A program made the translations under genes and the position numbers. A stretch of 63,092 nucleotides of DNA, filler included, from Phoronis australis (taxonomy: Eukaryota; Animalia; Phoronida), in assembly GCA_002633005.1 (NCBI GenBank). It is 5 parts of 5 records of this genome, joined end to end, with 100 filler letters (N's around TTAATTAATTAA, not from the genome) between each part and the next. Parts side by side here need not be neighbours in the genome. Positions count along the whole stretch, not along the records: positions 1 to 30,302 come from NMRA01000440.1; 4 more parts are not named here. The stretch is one strand, 5' to 3'. This document shows, piece by piece, positions 12,797-25,499 of the stretch. The notes below the pieces were generated by a model. It worked only from the letters and a program-made list of their open reading frames with translations. It searched no databases and had not been told where the DNA came from. Numbering within the stretch: position 1 is the first letter of the stretch; each line of letters begins with the position of its first letter.

Positions 12797-13985
12797 AACA
12801 ATGAGAATAGCGGAGTATTGAAATGTGCCTAAGAATGCAACGCACACGGTTAGTGTGCTTCTAGGGGTGTTTATTTCTATCCATCCGAAAGCCGCAAAAT
12901 GTCATCTTTTCTTTAATAGAAAGCTATTTACCATATTTCATAAAAATCCGTCAAGGAACTTCCGAGAAACAGGAAAATGGAAAACATGAAATTGCCACTA
13001 GGGAACAGAGAGTACTTCCGATCGGTTGGAAAGTCGTCATCTGTTGCCAACTTAAATACCTGCTAAATTTAACAAAGATCTTGCAGTGGGTTAAGGAGAT
13101 ACAGCTACGGAAGCAAAAAAAATTAAATAACTACCACTAGGAGGCGCCACAGTAGTCAAAGTCATCGGAAAATCATTGTCAATCGTCCTCTTCACAATAA
13201 GAACATATACATGCCAATTTTCATAATCATCCTTAGAGCGGTTTGGTTGATAGAGGGGCGGAAGCCATTAAACACCAGAATACAGTAAAGATAGCCACTA
13301 AATGTCGCAAAATACGTCGAATCCATCCAAAAAACGAGAATATGTCATGATTTCCTTAATAGAAAGCTATTTATTAACTTTCATAAATATTTCTCAAGGA
13401 ACTTCAGAAAAAATAGACGAAAACGGGGCACAGCAATAATCGGGTATGTCTGAAAGTTGTCAGTCGTTGTCAACTTCATGTACTTACTCTTGTTAAATTT
13501 AATAAAGCTCTTACAGTGGGTTTAGGAAATCCAACAAAACTGCCACTAGGAGGTGCCACAGTAGCCGAAATCACCGGAAAATCATCGTCAGCCTCCCTTT
13601 TCATAGTAAGAAGTTACATAACAATTTTCACAATCATCTTTAGAGAGGTTTGGTTGACAGAAGGGCGGACGCCAAAAAATGGAGTAAAAACGGCCACTCG
13701 GTGGCACAAAATACGTCAAATAAATCCGAAAACGCTTGCATAGCATCATCTCATTAATAGATGCTTGTGTGCCAAGTTTCATGAAAAGTCGTTGAGGACC
13801 TTTGAAGATACAGAGGTAAATGTAAAAGAATAAAATTGCAACTAGGGGCACACCAGCAGTCGTGTCCGTCCAAAATTCATCGTCATCTGTCATCAGCTTC
13901 ATAGGAACACATTTGCCAAATCTCATCCAGATACTGTGTGGGATTTAGGAGATACAGCTGTGGATGCTGGATGCCCAGATTTTCA
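12797..13985 (-). mobile_element. HINE, diverged near-full-length copy with ~7 internal units
   Basis: Degenerate 3' end at 12797-12835, recurring gccactag motif at 12992, 13131, 13292, 13540, 13691, 13836. Confidence 0.75.
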
Positions 13986-14445
13986 AAAATGTAAGATTTG
14001 CCATTTAATGTCGCTGAAATCATTTACATGTAACGAACAGAAAAGCCTTGAATCAAAATTTAGACTATTTTTAAACTGCAAGCCATTTCAACTTATAAAC
14101 CAAAACACCATGACTTCACATTAATGTGCAGGGTTCAGTTCAAAATGTGTGTTAAACTAACAGGCGATAAGTAGGGTATGAGAAGGTACCATGTCTCTCT
14201 CACCTGCAGCCACACAATTATTCTAAAGGACTGGTGACTGCAAATTAGCCAGTAAATTACTACAAATCATGCAAAAACTTAAAAAATTAATTAGAACCAT
14301 CAGCTGGTCCCCTAGTTAGTGCTAGTGATACCACAATACAGTCCAGATGGCGCTACTGTTGGAAACATCATCTGGTCAACAACGAAACCGGAGTACTATC
14401 TACACCAAACCAGGAAAACCCTTCTTTTCTATCAGGAGTACAAAC

Positions 14446-14572
14446 CTTTTCAAATAACAATGGTGAGCACACTGTGAAATGATGAGAGATGAAGAATTCA
14501 ACAGGATGGGTGATGAAAAGTACGTGGAAGATCTGTTGCTATGGTAACATCCTAGGTACCATGATCGGTGGT
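14446..14572 (-). CDS. WSC domain, first part (HRSWYLGCYHSN...LIISQCAHHCYLK) of a WSC+PKD (polycystin-1-like) gene
   Basis: ttccag / gtttgt, 127 nt, phase 1-2; YLGCY and C-x3-C WSC signature. Confidence 0.8.
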
Positions 14573-14678
14573 CTGGAAGGGAAAAGAATGTCAATCATTA
14601 TGGGACCAATGTAACAAGCAATCAACATGGGTACAATGGGATTTAATAACAAACAACGAAAGTGCTCCAGAAAGTAAA

Positions 14679-15175
14679 GGCACTTTCATATCGACTTAAC
14701 TCCGGTCTGAGCGGAGCGTCGACGTAAATAGCACAGTTAACTGGACTGTTCATACTGGCTTCGGTAACTAATGAACATTGAAGTAAGTGGTTGGTGCTGC
14801 TGTCTTCATTGAAGTTACCGCAAGGTAGCGTTGCACGCTACGATTTTTTCAATTTGGAAACATTTACATGTACTAAGTGATATTAAACTTATTTTTAAAC
14901 TGATTGGTTATCATTAGAACAAAATATAAGCAGCTATTAGTGATGGCACTACCTTGTAACTGTTGACGAATACAGTGGCACCTGATGATAACTTCGATTG
15001 GACCGAAGTTAAGTGTTCATACTGCACCGCAGCATCAGTGCTGCGCTATTAAATTCACCTGTTAACTGCAATGTTAACTGGAGCTTTTAACTGCGATCTA
15101 GGACCGGAGTTAAGCGTTCATACTGACCACAACTCCCCAAACCATCGATGCGTCGATGTTAGTATGAAAGGCCCT
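14679..15175 (+). mobile_element. PIF/Harbinger-like MITE
   Basis: ggcactttcata...tatgaaagggccc termini, TAA-like flanks; second copy inverted at 16333-18576. Confidence 0.6.
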
Positions 15176-15902
15176 AAAGCAACATTTGTCAAAGCTGCAT
15201 GGAAAGCAAGGTCTCGGTTCTGCTAAAACTGATTGATTGCCACAGAATGGAAAGCATGCTGTGCAGGTTTTGGAATCTAATTTTGTGCGATGAACGATTA
15301 CAAAAGCACGGAAACTTTTAAAGAAGTCTCGATCATGAAAAATTGGGGGTGGGCGGTAAGCTGAGCATGGGCGCTTAAACATGAAAAATTGAAAATTTCG
15401 GGGGTGGGCGGTAAGCCGAACATGGGCCGTAACCCGAACATGGGCCGTAACTCGGGCGAGTACAGTAATCTCAACTTGTTCAAACTCAGCTGGCACATAA
15501 CACAGACTTTTTTATTTAAAACAAGTTAAAAGTGTAATCAATCAAACTGAAAACAATCCATCATCCAACTTAAGTGACAGCTACTTCACATTCATATTCA
15601 ATTTCACATTCTGCCGGAGGGGTTGCGTAGGTCGCCACCAAAAGCTGGAGACAACTTCACATGACAGAAGAGAATGGTGAAAATAATAAATTCCTATTAT
15701 TCATGAGGACAATATAATCCCAGGTGCAAGGGTGTTCAGCATTAGAGCATTCATGATCTTAAAACATACCTAGGCTCCATTGGTTGAAACTTTATCAGTT
15801 AAGTCAATATGAGCATGTTGCAAACCCCTAGGTGGAGCACCACATTGGGAAAAGCAAAAGAATAAGAATAGCCTATATGAGTGCACCAGTAAGAACACTA
15901 TA

Positions 15903-16328
15903 CAAGGTACCTAAACTACATGGTTAACGGACTCATCTACATTTCGTCCGTTAACCATGTTTCCTTGTGAATGTGAGTTCGTGTCCCGTGTATTTGGGTG
16001 AGAGGATCGTGTTTTGTGAGTCCATTCCCGTGTTTGTGAGTCAGTGGACGGTGTTTGCAGGTCCGTGAGTCGTGTTCATGCGTCCGTGACCGTGTTTATG
16101 TCAGCTGACCCAGGAAGCCGATGAGTCTGTGACCATGTTTGGCGGTCCATTAACTGTGTTTCCTCGTGAATATGAGTCCGTGTCCCAGGTATTTGGGTGC
16201 GTGGATCGTGTTTTGTGAGTCCGTTCCCGTTTGTGAGTCAGTGGACAGTGTTTGCAGGTACGTGAGTCATGCTCATGCGTCCGTGACCATGTCTATGAGT
16301 CCGTTAACCGTGTAGTTTAAGTACCTTG
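15903..16328. mobile_element. MITE with ~33-bp TIRs and internal ~205-bp tandem duplication
   Basis: caaggtacctaaactacatggttaacggactcat / atgagtccgttaaccgtgtagtttaagtaccttg. Confidence 0.8.
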
Positions 16329-16742
16329 CTATAGGCCCTCTCATACTAACCTCGACGTGTCATTTTGGGGAATTGCAGTCAGTATGAACGATTAACTTTT
16401 GTCTTGGATGGAAATTAAGTGTCAATTAACTTCGAAAAACACATGGATTTAACAGTGGAGCGTTGATGCTGCGGTGTAGTATGAACAATCAACTTCAGTC
16501 CCATCGCCAGGGGCCACTGTTATCGTCAACAACAAATGGGTAGTGTCGTCACTACTAGTTGCATAATTATATTTTCCTCGAATAATCATCCATTGAATTA
16601 GAATTAAGTTTTATGTTGATTAGCAGATATAAATGTTCTCAAAATTGTTACATTAAAAAAATCTTAGTGTGCATCAGCACTACCGTGCCAGATTTCTACG
16701 ATGACGACAGCGTCACCTACCGTTTACTTCAATGTCCTTTAA

Positions 16743-18474
16743 AGTCCATCTTGCAAACTGCCCATGTGGTTCCAGTATCCGAAACTACTTACTACATAAA
16801 TTCTTATTTTCGACACCCTTTCTTTATATTCTTTTCGCCTTTCTTGCCAAAAGCGATTTTTTTAACAGTATTGAACCTTCTCTCTGAGCGTATGATTACC
16901 GGTTGTCATCGGTTATTTCCGTACCCACATTTCCGGCTCATCAGTTCAGGAACTTGTCCTGAACGCCGCCATTTTTTCCTTGTAACTGAGTGTGCTATGG
17001 CTTGCTCGAAAAGTCTTCATTATTTTGTTTTATTAGTAATATATCGTGATTCGTTTGCATATGTAGTGTATTTATAGTTTGTAGTTAGTGGTCNNNNNNN
17101 NNNNNNNNNNNNNNNNNNNNNNNNNNNNNNNNNNNNNNNNNNNNNNNNNNNNNNNNNNNNNNNNNNNNNNNNNNNNNNNNNNNNNNNNNNNNNNNNNNNN
17201 NNNNNNNNNNNNNNNNNNNNNNNNNNNNNNNNNNNNNNNNNNNNNNNNNNNNNNNNNNNNNNNNNNNNNNNNNNNNNNNNNNNNNNNNNNNNNNNNNNNN
17301 NNNNNNNNNNNNNNNNNNNNNNNNNNNNNNNNNNNNNNNNNNNNNNNNNNNNNNNNNNNNNNNNNNNNNNNNNNNNNNNNNNNNNNNNNNNNNNNNNNNN
17401 NNNNNNNNNNNNNNNNNNNNNNNNNNNNNNNNNNNNNNNNNNNNNNNNNNNNNNNNNNNNNNNNNNNNNNNNNNNNNNNNNNNNNNNNNNNNNNNNNNNN
17501 NNNNNNNNNNNNNNNNNNNNNNNNNNNNNNNNNNNNNNNNNNNNNNNNNNNNNNNNNNNNNNNNNNNNNNNNNNNNNNNNNNNNNNNNNNNNNNNNNNNN
17601 NNNNNNNNNNNNNNNNNNNNNNNNNNNNNNNNNNNNNNNNNNNNNNNNNNNNNNNNNNNNNNNNNNNNNNNNNNNNNNNNNNNNNNNNNNNNNNNNNNNN
17701 NNNNNNNNNNNNNNNNNNNNNNNNNNNNNNNNNNNNNNNNNNNNNNNNNNNNNNNNNNNNNNNNNNNNNNNNNNNNNNNNNNNNNNNNNNNNNNNNNNNN
17801 NNNNNNNNNNNNNNNNNNNNNNNNNNNNNNNNNNNNNNNNNNNNNNNNNNNNNNNNNNNNNNNNNNNNNNNNNNNNNNNNNNNNNNNNNNNNNNNNNNNN
17901 NNNNNNNNNNNNNNNNNNNNNNNNNNNNNNNNNNNNNNNNNNNNNNNNNNNNNNNNNNNNNNNNNNTTGAATATATGCAGCATTTATCATTTGACCATTT
18001 TACTTCGACAAAACAGCTTGCAACCGCATGCATTTACCGTTCGCCAGTGTCTGGTCTCGATCCGCACCGGGTCCGATAGGCTGCGGTCCCGAGTCTGGCA
18101 AAATAATTTCTGTCAAAACTTATTCGCCACATTTATTCAGCAAATTCGATAAAATTGTCTGTAGTTTGATTTTATTAAAATTAAGGCGCGCTGTCGATCA
18201 TTTTATCCCCGTTTGCTGGCTGGTAACAGTACAGGCACTGCTACAGTCGCACTGACAGCGTTTTCTTAGCCTGGGTTCCTGAATGAATTGTACTTCCGGG
18301 TTCGTGGCAAGTTCAAAATGGCGGTGTTTGTTCGGGTGCGAATCGTGAGTGGCACATTCATTTAAACTGTTTTCGAGTACGGATCGTGTATTAGTTATGG
18401 GGTAGGTACTTCTTGGATCCTTATAATATCTTCTAACCATGTAATAAGGGTTAACAACGCGTGAGAGAAGGACT
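16743..18474. mobile_element. TTAA-target DNA transposon (Kolobok-like AG..CT ends) nested in a Harbinger-like MITE (16333-18576)
   Basis: TTAA-AGTCCATCT...AGAAGGACT-TTAA; joined flanks reconstitute the reverse complement of 14720-14790. Confidence 0.75.
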
Positions 18475-18675
18475 TTAACTACCTAAGCGAGTATGAATGG
18501 TTCAGTTAACTATCACAGTTTACACCGACACTCCCAGACTCCATGCAGACCAGAAACTCTCGTAAGAAAGGGCCTTATGAAAACCAAGATTGCCATGGTG
18601 GTGGTGCCTGAGGGCACAATTACCCATTTACAAGCTTGCTTTCTGCTAGCACATTCCCAAGTATAACAGCCTCCC

Positions 18676-18830
18676 GTTCAGTAACGCTAGGACCTCGCTA
18701 AAAAGCAAGACTTCGCGAGATTACGCGAGATATTGCTGTGTATTTTAAATAAGAACACGTGACTTTGACTAGGTTTTAGCTAGGTCCTAGCGTAGGTCCT
18801 AGCGTCTACTGAACACACGCCCGAAACATA
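18676..18830. mobile_element. Short palindromic MITE; second copy at ~55973-56106
   Basis: gttcagtaacgc...gcgagattacg.gagatattgc.gtgtattttaaat...tactgaac in both. Confidence 0.7.
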
Positions 18831-20575
18831 AGTCACATTGATGGCGCTTTGCTGGTGGTTTGAGTTAGCCCAAACTGCTGGTACTTTTGTAACCAGGCCA
18901 TTTACTTCAATAGACATCAGTTCAGGAGGCAAGGAAACCAACTTACTGCTGGTGAAATCAGTCCTTTGCACATAATCTGTGTGGCCAAAAGGCTAGTGTT
19001 TTCGTCACCCAAAACATGTGAGCCTATTATGTAAATCATTCACATTTCTATTTTCAGTAAAGTAGCCAGACTTTGTAAAAGGTACATTATGTTATTTAAT
19101 TACATTTGTATAAAATAAGTGTAAAATAAGCCAAGTGCTCCACAGCAGTGCATCAAGTACACACTCTAATCCCACCTAGTTTCCCACTTCAGCCTAACAT
19201 TCAAAGCTTACAACACGGGTAATTTTTTCTCAAATTCAAACAAAAATAATGACAAAACTTGTAACATTTTTTTCATTTTTCCAATACTTACCAATTGCCA
19301 AAACGCTAAAAATTTCACCGTGTTTGACGACAGCCGTACTATATAAAGTTTTCAAAAAAATCAAGTAAAATTGTCTTTTTGTTAACTGTTGTTGAAACCT
19401 TCGGTAAAATTAAATTTCATAGTTCAACCACATTGTGCTTTAGCTAGAAATCACGTAACCATACTCAGATATCATTTCACTCGTACGAGACCGATTTTAT
19501 GAGACTAAGAATCCAATATTAATTTTTGTTTTTAAGCCAGTTAAACAAGCAAAATGCAGAAACCATCGCTTACAGCCACTGATAATAAAATGACACGTTT
19601 AAGGTGGAGTTTGCTGAATTATTGACAAGCTATTAGTTAAGTGATCACCATCTGCTACCTGTAGTTATACACACCAAGAACAAGTTCAAAAAACGATGAG
19701 CAGAGTTACAGCCTAAGTGCTATCAAATAAACCCTCCCCCTCAGGTCAACTTCTCTCTTTTACAGAGGTAGAAAACCACATGGTAAGACTGACATAGTTT
19801 TCAATATGTAGGGTGACTAACACATTTCTGAGCCAGTATCTTGAACAACTGTAGAAAAATATACCATGCCTCACTCAGCTTTGTAATTGCAATTTATTTT
19901 ATGTGACAGTACTTAAATCAGCAAATGGCACACTATTCTTAAATGTAAAATGGTGATTAGCACAGCAACAGTGTATAACTATTGGACAAGCGCTCCATTG
20001 ATGTACAGCATTGTGGGTAAATAATGCAGAATCAGAGACAAGCCACTGTGCTGCTTAGAGACGTGGAACTTAATGCTTTCACAGTCTACAAGGACATGTA
20101 TTATCATTCAGTCAATACATGCGCTTCTATTTCACAATACATGAAACAATAATGAATGTCTAATACATCTATTTTTGTATCAAATTCAGTCCACTGTCGT
20201 CATAATTCCCGTAAATGCAACAAGTTTCCTGTTGATTAATCCACTGAGATCACTTAGGCAGATACTTCAATAATGTTAAAGAATCCTAACATAACTGTCA
20301 CTGTTCAACTACAACTTCCAACAAGTGTTAAAACTTGGCTAACTTTGTAACATCATCATTCAGAAATAACAGATCTGATTCAAATAAAAATTACAAGATA
20401 TGAGAGAATTTGATTTGTGTACTTATCTCCAAACACCCGTCACGAAGTGCTTTTAAATGTTTCATTTCTGCTTAAGTTGCTACAGAAAATTGTGATTTCT
20501 ACAACTAGGAAAAACTCAAAGTTACATTTACAACAAAAACGAAATCCATTCTCGCACAACTCAACTTTAAAGTAA

Positions 20576-21079
20576 ACAAGAGCAACGCAGAGCGTTGAAA
20601 TGCGCCCACAATTGCACCGCATACGGTATCCTTCTAGGGTTGTTTATTGGTACCACAAAGTGGCCAGTAGAGGGCATATATGTAGTATGTTGTACTTAGC
20701 AAAATGGAAAGGCATGATGGTCATTGTCTCCTCAATAGGCTAGGGGCAAAATGTGAGTAATCTTCATAATACAAGCACATCCTATACACCAGTTGCTTAA
20801 AGCACCACAGAAACATAAAATAAAAACAAATTTACCAACATACGAGATTAGCACAGCATTAGAATGCCAGAAACAAATTTCTACTTGGAACTTTTCCTTC
20901 ATAGTCACGAAGTAACACAAAGTATACACCTGAAGACCTATGAAAATACAGAGGTCAATGTAAAATACTATAAATTGCCACTAGAGGCAAATACTAAAAT
21001 TGCCACTAGAGGCATACCGGTAGTCAGAATCATCCTAAAGTCGTCATCGTCCGTTGTCAACATCACATCAATACACTTG
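20576..21079 (-). mobile_element. HINE 3' portion (rest in N gap), near-identical to 43932-44385
   Basis: 3' subTIR tgtgggcgcat, hairpin caacgc-tct-gcgttg, ctcttgt end. Confidence 0.85.
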
Positions 21080-23713
21080 NNNNNNNNNNNNNNNNNNNNN
21101 NNNNNNNNNNNNNNNNNNNNNNNNNNNNNNNNNNNNNNNNNNNNNNNNNNNNNNNNNNNNNNNNNNNNNNNNNNNNNNNNNNNNNNNNNNNNNNNNNNNN
21201 NNNNNNNNNNNNNNNNNNNNNNNNNNNNNNNNNNNNNNNNNNNNNNNNNNNNNNNNNNNNNNNNNNNNNNNNNNNNNNNNNNNNNNNNNNNNNNNNNNNN
21301 NNNNNNNNNNNNNNNNNNNNNNNNNNNNNNNNNNNNNNNNNNNNNNNNNNNNNNNNNNNNNNNNNNNNNNNNNNNNNNNNNNNNNNNNNNNNNNNNNNNN
21401 NNNNNNNNNNNNNNNNNNNNNNNNNNNNNNNNNNNNNNNNNNNNNNNNNNNNNNNNNNNNNNNNNNNNNNNNNNNNNNNNNNNNNNNNNNNNNNNNNNNN
21501 NNNNNNNNNNNNNNNNNNNNNNNNNNNNNNNNNNNNNNNNNNNNNNNNNNNNNNNNNNNNNNNNNNNNNNNNNNNNNNNNNNNNNNNNNNNNNNNNNNNN
21601 NNNNNNNNNNNNNNNNNNNNNNNNNNNNNNNNNNNNNNNNNNNNNNNNNNNNNNNNNNNNNNNNNNNNNNNNNNNNNNNNNNNNNNNNNNNNNNNNNNNN
21701 NNNNNNNNNNNNNNNNNNNNNNNNNNNNNNNNNNNNNNNNNNNNNNNNNNNNNNNNNNNNNNNNNNNNNNNNNNNNNNNNNNNNNNNNNNNNNNNNNNNN
21801 NNNNNNNNNNNNNNNNNNNNNNNNNNNNNNNNNNNNNNNNNNNNNNNNNNNNNNNNNNNNACATTTTTTATAAATCCTCAAGCTTTAAACCTCAACTGAC
21901 TCCCTCAGTGGGCAAAGGTCATCGGGTTCAGTTTCGATATTAGCCGCGTAATAAACCCGGAAAACATCTTGTTTTCATTTGAAAGACTTTAGACTTGGTT
22001 TCTATAACTATTTAAAGCAGACTTCTTGCCTAAAAGTTTGTTCAAATGGTCTGTAAACTCTGCTCGTCATTTACAAACTATGAAAATAGACAGTTTTGCA
22101 AGACAATTTTCACTAAAGTGCAAAGTTGAGGCAAGATTTTTTATTGCTCAGTCATCAAGACTAACTCCTTAACTGTATGTTCAAAACGTCACATAAGGCT
22201 ACAAGGTGTTTTATGGCAGTAAGAAGATCACAAAAATGGCCACTAAAATTAGCCCCAAAAAGTGGTCTGTGGATTATCTCCCCTGTCTAGCACAAAACTG
22301 TTAGATTTTAATAAATGGCACAGAATTATGCACAGTATACGTTGATTATTTCAGCCACCAAAATATAGCTTTTGATCTATTTTGTATGTTACTCATTTTT
22401 GTTGCTGAAAACATGCGATTTCTGAGACAGCTAATTTTCCCAATTGTGCCAATTTGTGTTATCATGCTCCAGCGGGGAAATTAGGGGTCATTGAGTGCAC
22501 AAAATTTGGCATTTGAGTTTTTGTTAGGATACCTACCCATGTACAAAAAATGAAGTTGTTTTAAATTTTGACGTATAGACTGATTTTTGAAAATCTACTG
22601 GTTTTTATATGGACTGCCTCTTAATTAGTATTTATTGAGCTGACCATGGGGTTATCCAGGGATCAATAAATGTAAGGCACATAATGTGAAAGGCAAGGGG
22701 AAAATCAGGATTGACTGACACCAATCAATTACTCTACTTGACAATCTAAGCACACAATTCATAACATGGATGTAAAAGTAACAAACTGATATGTACATCA
22801 TACTAATAAACAAAGCTTCAAATTTACAACAGCAAGTCTCAATATACATCATACTAATAAACAAAGCTTCTAATTTACAACAGCAAGTCTCAATATACAT
22901 AGATCTGCTAAATATGTCTTTTAAAGGCCCTTTACATACAGTAAGTTCGCTGCTATCAAAGCTTCCGTGTTAACCGTGAAGTTAAGCGTTAGTGTTCCCA
23001 TAAAAAAGGCAAGGAACTCTCCCTCTCCCCAGATGGAATCTAGAACGTCACTTCAAAAGGCGGCCAACTGTTTCTACGTTGGGACAATGACAATGTACTA
23101 GAGAATGACATGTGAAAAAATTGACTCTTGAGCAGGCTAACAGCTGATCCAAACAAAGGTGGTCTGGCCTGGAGGGAACTCGTTTTGCATACACTACACG
23201 TTCAGTGATTATTTTAATGTAAACAATGCAGAAAATACATGGATAAATTGAATCAGAATGCTTACACCACCAACAGAATAATTGTTAGAACAAACTATTA
23301 ACAAATAGTAACCAGGCACAGCCCCCTGTTGGCAAACGCAGGAAGTGATCCCTGCACATAACTCTGATGGCACTAAAGTCAAATGTTTCTATTGTAGCAC
23401 TTCGTTGTTAAATCCACCTCTTTACTTTGGAGTTAACATGAAATGTTAACTTAGATTCAAGACTCAAGTGTTATCATTGACCGAAGCTTCGGAGGCAGAC
23501 GGAGAGGCCTTTAAGTTAAGAACCATTAAAATGGACAAAACATCAGGGTGGTTCTGTGGTATTTTTAAACGATGAACAGCTCATCTATAGACTTAGATTC
23601 CAGTTGCAGGGGCTTGTGTTAATGTTTGGAAACAATGATTTCTGGAACACATAACAACTTAACTGAAATCACTTAATTTAAACCTTGGGAATGGAGAGAG
23701 GTAACCTCATTAA

Positions 23714-23824
23714 GCTTTGCAATACATCACTTTGCAATACATCACTTTGCAATACATCACTTTGCAATACATCACTTTGCAATACATCACTTTGTAATAC
23801 ATCACTTTGCAATACATCACTTTG
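23714..23824. repeat. 15-bp tandem repeat (ctttgcaatacatca) x ~7
   Basis: Direct inspection. Confidence 0.95.
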
Positions 23825-24157
23825 ACGAGATTAGTTTGTGGCACTTACCTGGAGATAGACAACAAAAGCCAAGAAGAGCAATGCGAAGCGTTGAAATGCA
23901 CCCACGACTGCACTGCAAACGATGCTTTATGGCTGTCTATTAGCATCACACAAATTTCACTAGATGGCACAAACCCTTACAGAAAAGGCCAAATTTCAAA
24001 TCCATAAAGGAACTCCAACAATATAGAGACAAACATAAAAAATCAAATTGTCACTAGGAAGCACACTAATTAGTCAGATCTGTCCAAAAGAAGACATAAT
24101 CTGTTTCATAGAATACATTTGCTAAATTTTACAACAAAGATCATGCAACAGGTTTAA

Positions 24158-25326
24158 AGGCCAAGGCAACCTTTTTCCATGTCACTTTGAGCTAAAATAA
24201 GGTTGGTTGGTTGGTTATCCTAGACATATTTTCCACTTAATTACAGCTTTTCGTAATTTCATAAATTACTCGTCCGCTACTCCGGAAGTGACGTTCTAGG
24301 AGGCAAGCGTTTCCCGCCACTTGGTTTTGCGTTGACTTTACCGTGCGAATCTGTTCTATTCTACTTTTGTTTTGTGCTGTTTTTCAACAACTGTCGCCAC
24401 CACTTTCCATCGGCGAGTATTCTGCGGCAAGATAGGTTAGTAGAGAACTCAACTACGTTGGATTTAGGGATTGTTTAGTGTGTTGTAAGCTGAAAATGGC
24501 TGGAGTCGGTGACCCGTATCACAGTGACAGTAGTGTGAGTGATGGAGACCTTGTTCACAGCAGTGGTGATGAGGAATTTTTTCACGGACATTCAGTGGGT
24601 GGGTACATGTTTGAGCCCGAGTATAACGAGGCAGAGTACNNNNNNNNNNNNNNNNNNNNNNNNNNNNNNNNNNNNNNNNNNNNNNNNNNNNNNNNNNNNN
24701 NNNNNNNNNNNNNNNNNNNNNNNNNNNNNNNNNNNNNNNNNNNNNNNNNNNNNNNNNNNNNNNNNNNNNNNNNNNNNNNNNNNNNNNNNNNNNNNNNNNN
24801 NNNNNNNNNNNNNNNNNNNNNNNNNNNNNNNNNNNNNNNNNNNNNNNNNNNNNNNNNNNNNNNNNNNNNNNNNNNNNNNNNNNNNNNNNNNNNNNNNNNN
24901 NNNNNNNNNNNNNNNNNNNNNNNNNNNNNNNNNNNNNNNNNNNNNNNNNNNNNNNNNNNNNNNNNNNNNNNNNNNNNNNNNNNNNNNNNNNNNNNNNNNN
25001 NNNNNNNNNNNNNNNNNNNNNNNNNNNTAGTACATCCTGGTACGCAGCAACAGTGTGGCATGTTGACTGACTAGTAAATGAAAGCAAACGACGACGGAAC
25101 TTAACACAACCGAGGTAGAACAATGACTGACTCGGCAGCTCTCACAGTCAGACTATATGAAAAGAAATTGGCGCGAAATGTTTGCCTCCTAAAACGTCAC
25201 TTCCGGAGTAGCGGACGAGTAATTAATAAAGTTACGAAAAGCTGTAATTAAGTGAAAAATATGTCTAGGATAACCAACCAACCTTATTTTAGCTCAAAAT
25301 GACATGGAAAAAGGTTGCCTTCGCCT
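24158..25326. mobile_element. Kolobok-type DNA transposon copy 2 with convergent KolX-like (+) and THAP (-) ORF starts
   Basis: TTAA at 24154-24157 and 25327-25330; same TIRs as copy 1; + strand MAGVGDPY..GYMFEPEY, - strand MPHCCCVPGCT from 25061. Confidence 0.85.
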
Positions 25327-25405
25327 TTAAAGTGTAACTTGTAGGCTAATTCCTTAGCTCTGTGATTGTTTGGCCAAATTTGAAGCTTCGCCAAAACTTC
25401 CTTAC

Positions 25406-25499
25406 CTTTCCAACTACACAGCAATATTGAAGTTATCGCTATGACAACACACCTTTTTGACTTTCCTACCAATTTTTCACCATAAGTCCTCCAAAGCAT
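25406..25499 (-). CDS. Putative first coding exon (MLWRTYGEKLVGKSKRCVVIAITSILLCSWK), signal-peptide-like, possibly of the WSC+PKD gene
   Basis: ATG, basic then hydrophobic stretch, strong AAAG/gtaagg donor in phase 1 matching the phase-1 acceptor at 14572; linkage crosses three N gaps. Confidence 0.45.

Noticed and set aside
18937-18966. Possible 30-nt phase 1-1 microexon (cacag/gtaagt) of the WSC gene
   Set aside because: Poor pyrimidine tract; cannot be supported without transcripts.
9032-25123. Long 160-360 aa ORFs in the ORF track
   Set aside because: They are X-runs through N gaps, not coding sequence.
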